Shown here piece by piece: positions 55,771 through 64,000 of a stretch of 64,000 bases of DNA. Source of the DNA: the human T2T-CHM13v2.0 reference genome, Homo sapiens; NCBI RefSeq assembly GCF_009914755.1, contig NC_060928.1; one strand, 5' to 3'. Both the position numbers and the translations under genes were made by a program. The notes below the pieces were generated by a model. The model saw only the letters and a program-made list of their open reading frames with translations. It was not told the DNA's origin and made no database searches. Position 1 is the first letter of the stretch. Every line of letters begins with the position of its first letter.

Positions 55771-57309
55771 TTGGGAATAATATGAATAAAGAATGAAAAG
55801 GGAAAAATAGGAGTAAAAGATTTCCAAGTACTGCAAACAACACATACTTGCAATGGGAAGCATATTAGTAATTTGAGTAATGGACAGAACACCAGGTAGA
55901 CAGGATAAGTGGTAAGCAGATGAGTAGTAAACAAAGGAAAAAGGCACAGGGAAAGGAGTCCTGAGAAAGTCCACACTAGTTAAGGACTGGATTATAATAA
56001 TTATCAAAGCCCATACATGGCATTTTTCTATGAATTTTATCATAAATGCATCAAGAAGCCACTGAATGATTTTAAACACGAAAGTGATATGAACTCTATG
56101 GTGTTTTAAAAATAGTTATAAATAAATGAATAAAGTTATTTGTATAAAAACATAAATCATTTTACAAAGAAAGCTTAAAAAAATGGAAAAATCTCTGCAG
56201 TGATACTTGTGCTAAAACAGTCTAAAGAGACTATCTACACACATGTACCTGGGAAGTCAGTTGAAGGTCGCAAACCAGGATGACAACTCAAGACTATGAA
56301 CAACAAAATGTATTACTTCATTAAAAAATATGGAACATTTAATTTATTCTAAAAATCTGTTCCCATAGTACCATGTGTCTCTAGATTAATGACTGTATAT
56401 ATGTGAGTTTATTTAATGATTAAGATGGCGTGTTAATATCTCTTCAGAATGGAAGGGTTAATAATGTTGAAAAAGGGCAGAAAATATTATTTCCTATAAA
56501 AATATTAATATATTAGAAAATTACTTCTACCTTAGTATTTGTATCTGGTTGTAGTTCATTACTGTGTACTAACATCCTTGTTTTTCTTGCACAGTCTCAA
56601 CACTAATTAAAGAATAATTCAACTTCTTTATTTTGTTTGAAATACTTGAAATACATGACCTCAACAAATTACATGAAAATGTTGACAGATGGCACTGATA
56701 TTATTACATAAAACTTGCAGCAGCAGTAGCAGAGTTTAAATTCCCGTTCTCTAAAGAAAGTATCATTTGCTTTTCCCCATGTTGGTCTGCTTTAATATTT
56801 ACATACCATGGGTAGGTGTGCTATTAGACTTAGACATATAGACATACTTCTATATACCACACACATAAAGACAATCATACATTCAGCTTATAAGTCAACT
56901 GCTGACTGAAACAATTCATTCCCATAATAAATTCCAGCATACTAGCCCTTTACGATATTTGTTGAACTATTTATCCTTAAAGTACATTTATTGGAATAGA
57001 GTGGATGAAATAGGCTTGAAAGGGTCTGGATTGAGACAGCCCCTGAAAGTCAAAGAAACCACTTGACCACAGACTCTGCTGCTTAAGCAAATTAACTTCT
57101 TATTATTATTCTTTTTTTTTTTTTTTTTTTTTTGCACCACTTTGTTTTGGATTCTCAGTCTCTAGAATAGAGATAGTCCATTGCCTGAGTATTCCTTAGC
57201 AATAAGAACATGCATGTAGGGGGGAAATCTCTAAGGGCTCTAGGATTTTTGTAATAAGACAGTAGAAAATGTTGTTCAACAATCCAATCAAAAGTGAGCA
57301 TAATTTGAA

Positions 57310-57663
<354 letters not shown>

Positions 57664-58669
57664 CTATTAAGAAAGGTAGATTGAGTATTGCATATCCAAA
57701 ACAATAGATGTTTACAATATACCTAATTTCTACTTTTTTTCATTTTTATTTTGAGAAAAAATAGTTTTCACATTGGTATATTCTTTTTTTATGCTTAGAA
57801 ACTATTTGAATATTTGTACCTACTTTTAGTTAAAAACTCTTGGTCTATATACTTATTAAGGCTTAGTTCTAATTCTTAGTAATATGGATAAAAATATTTT
57901 TATAAGGTTATTGTAGTAATGAAAAGAAATTGTATTTGGATAAAATAATATTAGAATTAGGATGATCATTTGTATTGGTGAGAGTTTTTTTGACACTTCT
58001 CAATTTTTTTGTCAAGATTTCAGCTTTGCCGTCTAGTTGTTTGATTTCTGATGTACATGGAATGGTCACCAATCAATAACGCAGAGTGTGTATGTTCCTG
58101 ATAATCACTATAAAATATGAGCTCAAACTTTCTGCAAATCACATCATTCATTGAAAACTCTTTAAAAAGAGCAATATTTATGAAGTATTTTAGAAGAACA
58201 TGCCATTCACTCTTTCTTCAACATTTGGCATTCTCAAGTTTTAACACCTATAATAATCACAATGGGTAAATCTAAATATGTAAACTACCAGGTACCAATC
58301 TAAGATAATTCGATTTAACAGGTCTGGGATCGGGTTTGGGAATCTTCTTTTTTGAAAGCAAGTCATCTGCATTCCATCTTTGAGAAATGTTTCTTTGGAT
58401 ATTATCTAGTGATTGGTTATCAATGGTGAGCATACCAGAGGCGTATATTGGAATCTCTTTTGAAAAATCTTCAAGTGCACTGACTCCAGCTTTGAGAGAT
58501 CAGAATTAAGAGACTCAGGAAGGGAACATTGACCTGTACATTTGAAAGAAAATCATAATTGATTCTAATATACACATTCATAAAACGTTAAGAACTCCTC
58601 CTCCAAATAATCAATATTTTTCTATATGCAATTTATTAAATCAAATTTCTTACGGGAGTTATATCATGA

Positions 58670-59320
58670 AACAACAGCTACAGCAAGAACCTCCTAATGG
58701 GTCTCCCCACTTCCATTTTTGTCTCTTCTTTTTCCTCCACTAAATCCAGAGCAATATTTTTGAAATGCAAATTTGATCATGATCTGTTAATGAATTGGTG
58801 TGGGCTTCCATGCATGGGCTTACTGACACACACTTCATTCCCCTTGTCCTTTCTGTTTTAGGTCATTCTTCAGTTTCTCAATTCCTCCATCTACCTCAGA
58901 TCCTTAAACATGTATTATCCTCTACTGGACTGTTTTATTTGCCACTGGCCTCCCTAAACACTCTCCAATCACCCTCCACCCCACACACAAACTCTTAATC
59001 TCCATTAAGTTAACACTTCCTTCTGATCTGAGCTCAAATTCACCTACTCAAGGAATCTTTTACTCACCTTCCTAAGAAGGTCAATTCTTATTAAATGTTC
59101 TCATGTACCTTCTACCTTTCAGTTGCAGCACTTATCACATTTTAATTTTAATGTATTAATTATTTATGTGATTATTTAACTAGTGTTTATTTCATCCACA
59201 GGGTAGTAAGGTAGTAAGCCTTCTAAATCAGGCATCATGTGTTCTTTAAGTTCAAAATTGTATTCCTGATGCTTTCTCACTACCTGGCACACAGTACTTA
59301 ATAAATATTATTAAATTAAA
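58670..59320 (+). mobile_element. L2 3' fragment
   Basis: CCTCCTAATGGGTCTCCCCACTTCC, AAATGCAAATTTGATCATG and CCTGGCACACAGTACTTAATAAATATT. Confidence 0.7.
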
Positions 59321-59662
59321 GAAAAAAGTATGCAGTATTGCCACTTTTAGTGGTTGCCCAATTATTTTAACATTTTTATATGTTGTCATCACCTTACAAA
59401 CTAGTTACTCTAGTTTACAGTCATAAAAATTTATAATCTCTAAAACTCCAATAAATGCATACCATTCCCAAAGTCAGAATGAAATTCAGAGACAAATATC
59501 CAGGTTATCTCAGAGCTTGTCAGTGTTGTCCCTAAGTTCCTCAAGTACTGAGATTTCAAAATTTCATTTCTTTCTTCAGGCAAATCACAAATAAATATTT
59601 TCTATTTGTGTTACCAAATAATTTTGTATTTAAAGGTTAGAATTATTGTAAGGGTTGTAATA

Positions 59663-59905
59663 TAGTTGACTCTTGCACAACATGGGTTTGAACTGCATAG
59701 GTCCAGGCTTCCACAAATCCTTTTCAAGCAAAGGCTGATCAAAAATACAGTATTTACAGGATGTGAAATCAACGTACAAGGAGGACTGAACTTTGGTATA
59801 TGCAGGTTCCAGAGAGTTGACTGTGGGAATTGAGTATGCATGGATTTGGGTATACCTGGGTGTCCCAGAACCAATCCTTCCTGTCTTTGTATAAGGGACA
59901 AATTT
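59663..59905 (+). mobile_element. MER8 (Tigger2-derived MITE)
   Basis: AGTTGACTCTTGCACAACATGGGTTTGAACTGC...TCAAAAATACAGTATT...GAACCAATCC; about 240 bp. Confidence 0.8.
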
Positions 59906-60676
59906 ATAAGTATTTGGGTTTTTATTACTATATTTAATTTATGTTACTACAAATTGACAGTTGTTTTTAATACAGTTAGCATTTACCAGTCAGTTATCAC
60001 TTGCCAACCTCTCACATTTCAATGCTTACCTTTCTTACTTTTTTCTGAAGTTTTTGGCATCACTGATTTCCTTCAAATGCTCTCTTTCTTTTATTTTCAT
60101 GAAATACCCATCTTGCTACCACTCATCATTAAACCTCCTTTCCAGTTTCCCCTAGTTTTCCACCTTTCACTCATTAGGATTTTCCCCTGGCGAAGGTAAG
60201 GGTTGACCTCCTTACCTTCATTTTAACTCTAGTTGTTTAACCTATGCAATTTCATTCATGGCTGCGATATGTAACATCGATAATGCTCCAGTATACTTTT
60301 CTCCTGAGTACTAGATCAATATATTTAACTTACTCAGTTAACAAATATTTTGAGGATATTTCTATTTTCCTGGCACTGTTTCAGGTGGAGAAATAGTGTC
60401 TACAACATCATCCTTACATGCTTAGATAGCATTGATACCTGAAACTCAATTCACCCCAAACTGAATCTATCAGGTTGTCTTTCCTGGACTGCTACCAAGC
60501 ACTCAAAATATTCTCTTGCTCTGATCACTGCTATGCCAAGTGTAGTGCTGCTTCAAATACATATCTATGTATCTTTTCTCTTACATGCAATTTATTATCA
60601 AAACCCCATTACTTCTTCTGAAGTGTCTAATTCCATCCTCACTGTCACTGCTTTATTTCAGCCCTTATGTATTGAC

Positions 60677-61275
60677 TGGAATATCCCAATAGAGAGACTC
60701 AACATACATACAGACAACAGACAGACCTTGTATAAATATAGAACTCCCACTTGTAACCTATAGCAACCTGCCCAGCTAACCAACCCCCTACAATAAATAC
60801 CACACAGAACTCTTACCTACAATAAATATCTTAGGAAGTCCGCCTACTCTAAGTCAGAGTTATAGAAAGTTAGACTCCTATCTCCAGTAACAAGCCAGGG
60901 AGCTAAACAATAGCCCCTGCAACAATTGGCTCAAATGGCCAGAACTTGATTAGTAACTGACAGCTTCCCTAATTTTTTCTTCCCTATTGCAATTTAAGAT
61001 CCACCGGGGAAAGCCAAAATATGCAGTCCTAACCCATCACACAGGATGCTCCATTTCTAGTTAGCCCATCTGTAGCTTCCCCATGCCAAAACATCCAATC
61101 AGGGCATACCTGAGCTTTTCTTTTTTCCACTATAAAGCTTTCCCACTTCTCTACCTGCCTTTGAGTCTCTGCCAAAATACCAGTGATGGTGTCGACTCCC
61201 TTTCTATATATAACAAGCTCTGAATAAACAGCTGTTTCTTGTTCTCATTGGTTGGTCTTCATTTATTTCCACACA
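60677..61275 (+). mobile_element. MER77-like ERVL solo LTR
   Basis: AAATGGCCAGAACTTGATTAGTAACTGACAGCTTCCCTAATTTT, CCAATCAGGGCATACCTG, CACTATAAAGCTT and AATAAA. Confidence 0.75.
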
Positions 61276-61980
61276 ACACAGTCCTAACTAGTCTCTGCCC
61301 AGAGTCTGGATTCTTCCAATAGATGTCCCTGTAGAACCATAGTAATATTCTAAAACTCAGAACCTGTATGTATTGTCACAGATCTTCTTATTTTTCAATG
61401 CTTCCAATTGCCTTGGGGATTCAGCTCAAATTCTTAAACTGAGCACATAAGACTCCTCCTTAATTATTGAACTTCAATTCTTACCATTCCCTCTCATAAA
61501 CTGTTTGCTGACCCATGATATACCTTACACTCTAATTTTTCTAATTGTTTGAGCAATATGATATCATTTCCTTTCATTAGTTTGCCTGCTTTATCTACCT
61601 GCTTATATTCTTTTTTGTTCTTTAACACTAGATTAACTATATTCTCCTTAAAGAGTCTTGTGCTACTTCCAAGACTTTTTTAATGTTTCTCTTCCCTATT
61701 CCAATAATATTCTGTGGTTAGTTTTACTTAGTAATCATGAAGATCATATTCTTTTTATAAACTTTTATGTATCTCCCATTATACTGTGAATCTCTTGAGT
61801 ATGAAGTTTTACTCTTAATGAATTTTGTATCCATAGAAATTATACCAATTTCTAGATGATAGTAGGTTCTAAACAAATAATATTGGCTATTTTATTTCTG
61901 GCCTTGACTTATTTGGTACCCATATAAATTATAGAATAATTATAGAATTATTCATTCACTGATGCCTAACGGATATAAAG

Positions 61981-63065
61981 CAGGAGTCCCCAACCCCTGA
62001 GCCATGAACTGGTACTAATCTGTGGCCTGTTAAGAACTGGGCAGCACAGCAGGATATGAGTGGCAGGCCAGGAAGCAAGTGAAGCTTCATCTGTATTTAT
62101 AGCCACTCTCCATGGCTCACATTACCGCCTGAGCTCTGCCTCCTGTCAGATCATCAGTGGCATTAGATTCTCATAGGAACGCAAGCCCTCATGTGAACTG
62201 TGCATGCAAGGGATCTAGTTTGGGTGCTTCTTATGAGAATCTAAGGCCTGATGATCTGAGGTGGAGCTGAAGTGGTGATGCTATAGTGCTGGGGAGCAGC
62301 TGCAAATACAGACTAACATTAGCTGAGAGGTGTGTCTTCACAGAGACCAAAATAAATCAATTGCCTGCAGACTCATATCAAAACCCTATCGGTGAGTGGC
62401 AAGTGATAATTAAGCTGCCTCTGATGTCAGGCTTTATAGTGGCAAGTGAGTTGATGTACTTCAATTGTACAGCTGCATCTGATGGCAGGTTTTAAGTCAG
62501 AATCCGACACTTATTTTAGTCTGTGTATGGCCTGCCTATTATTTTATTTACCACTTTCGTCCACGCCTCTTTCCCGAACTGTGCACTTGTCTCAGTCACA
62601 GTTTTGGTAAGCCCGCAAGCTAACCCTAGCCAAAACGAATAAAAAACAGCCATAGAGAAATTCTTTGAAAAGGGAGAAAGACCCAATGATGAGAAAGCAG
62701 AAGACACTAAAACTGCCAACAAAAAGAAAGCTGCATTTAAAAGAAATACGAAGAGTCCTACTTAAATTATGAGTTCATTGCAACAGGTGATTCACATTCT
62801 CCAAGCTCGCTTTGTATAATATGTGGCAACCGGCTATTCAACGAAGCTATGAAACCATCAAAACTGCTTTGCTACATGGAGAGCAAGCACCCTGCGTTAA
62901 AAGACAAGGCTTTGGAGTTTTTCAAAAGAAAAAGACAATAAATGTTTTTATCACAGAAAATGTAATGCACTTGAATCATCCCAAAACCATCCCTCCACCC
63001 CAGTCTGGTGAAAAATTGTCTTCCATGAAACAAGTCCCTAGTACCCAAAAGGTTAGGGACCGCTG
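61981..63065 (+). mobile_element. Charlie3/MER1-family hAT DNA transposon, 1085-bp internal-deletion derivative
   Basis: TIRs CAGGAGTCCCCAACC and GGTTAGGGACCGCTG. Perfect 8-bp TSD ATATAAAG (61973-61980, 63066-63073). Confidence 0.93.
62741..62941 (+). pseudogene. hAT (Charlie/Buster) transposase N-terminal BED zinc-finger remnant
   Basis: Open frame KKYEESYLNYEFIATGDSHSPSSLCIICGNRLFNEAMKPSKLLCYMESKHPALKDKALEFFKRKRQ* with the CxxC...MKPSKL...KH signature; not in the ORF track. Confidence 0.88.
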
Positions 63066-64000
63066 ATATAAAGTATTAATTTTATTTTTCAATATAAAAA
63101 TCTTATATATTTTTATAGTCCTCATCAGTAATCATGTACCTATATCCTAATGGACAACATCAAAAAGATCAAGGAGAAACAATGTAGTAAACATGTCCTA
63201 TGGTCTTTGTTGAATATTGAACACATTTCATGTGCTTCCTCCCATTCTCTCAGGGCCATAATTTCTCAAACCTTTAGCCACATACCTGCCTGGGCTGCCA
63301 CTGAGCACGGCTTAGCTTCATGTGATTTTGCTACCCAGGTAGTACTAGATATTTGCCTAGTCAGGCTGGGTTCTCTTCCTTCCTATCTCTACAAATCAGA
63401 ATAGTACACCACATGATCTTACTTTGTGCTTCTTCCATCACTTCCCAACTGCATAAGGCACCCATCATAAACCATGTCATCTGACTTCCTGGGTAACTAA
63501 AGAGGGAACAGAGCACAGATAATATAAATGAAATGGAATTTTTTTTCCTGTTGGGGAAATATTGACTACCGGGAAAGAAATCTAGAGACAATTGGACAAA
63601 TGAATTTGCTGGGTTTTTTTCTCCCTCTAATTGGCTATCCAATGTTGTGAAGATATGCCCAATGTTACAGAGTGGGTAACCAGTTGAACGACTCGCTGTG
63701 TCTTCTTGCAACTGCTGGTGAGTCTGGTAAAATAAGTTTGCAGTGCTTTCCATCATTTTCTGCTCTATTTCAATTTTCCCTCATTCTAGTTGCCCTAGGA
63801 TTGTACCTTCTCAATAGAAGACTACCAATACTCCGTGTCTCAGATTTTGTCTTCTAAGGATTCAGGTTTAAAATAGGATGTATATAAACAAGAATTTGTA
63901 CATGTACTCTTATTCTTTTGTGCATAGCTTGCACTGAGATAGTAAGAAATCTCAATAGCTGTCAGCTAAGAAAAGTAAAGCTAGTAACGTGTTTATATTA

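Noticed and set aside
62812-63066. 84-aa ORF in the hAT element
   Set aside because: Off-frame. The transposase-like frame is 62741-62941.

Overview
AT-rich primate (human-like) nuclear DNA, intronic or intergenic in character. Roughly half is recognisable transposable-element debris. This includes about 15 Alus (J/S/Y), a near full-length ~8.1-kb L1MA2-like LINE, several other L1 and L2 pieces, MIRs, about ten ERV/MaLR LTR insertions and three DNA transposons (Tigger4-, MER8- and Charlie3-type). I cannot support any intact protein-coding gene, RNA gene, CRISPR array or prokaryote-style system. The ORF track is explained by repeats, low complexity or chance. The most notable non-routine signals are: a 69-bp nested palindrome in unique DNA (42011-42079); an apparent template-switch hairpin written over an Alu consensus (57401-57431); a pair of in-frame 70-nt candidate exons on the minus strand (36070-36139 and 35041-35110); a textbook branch point and 3' splice site (56567-56594); a Charlie3 deletion derivative that keeps an open BED-finger frame; and a 29-bp hairpin minisatellite. 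Repeat subfamily names come from recalled consensus sequences, not a database search, and boundaries without target-site duplications (TSDs) are approximate.
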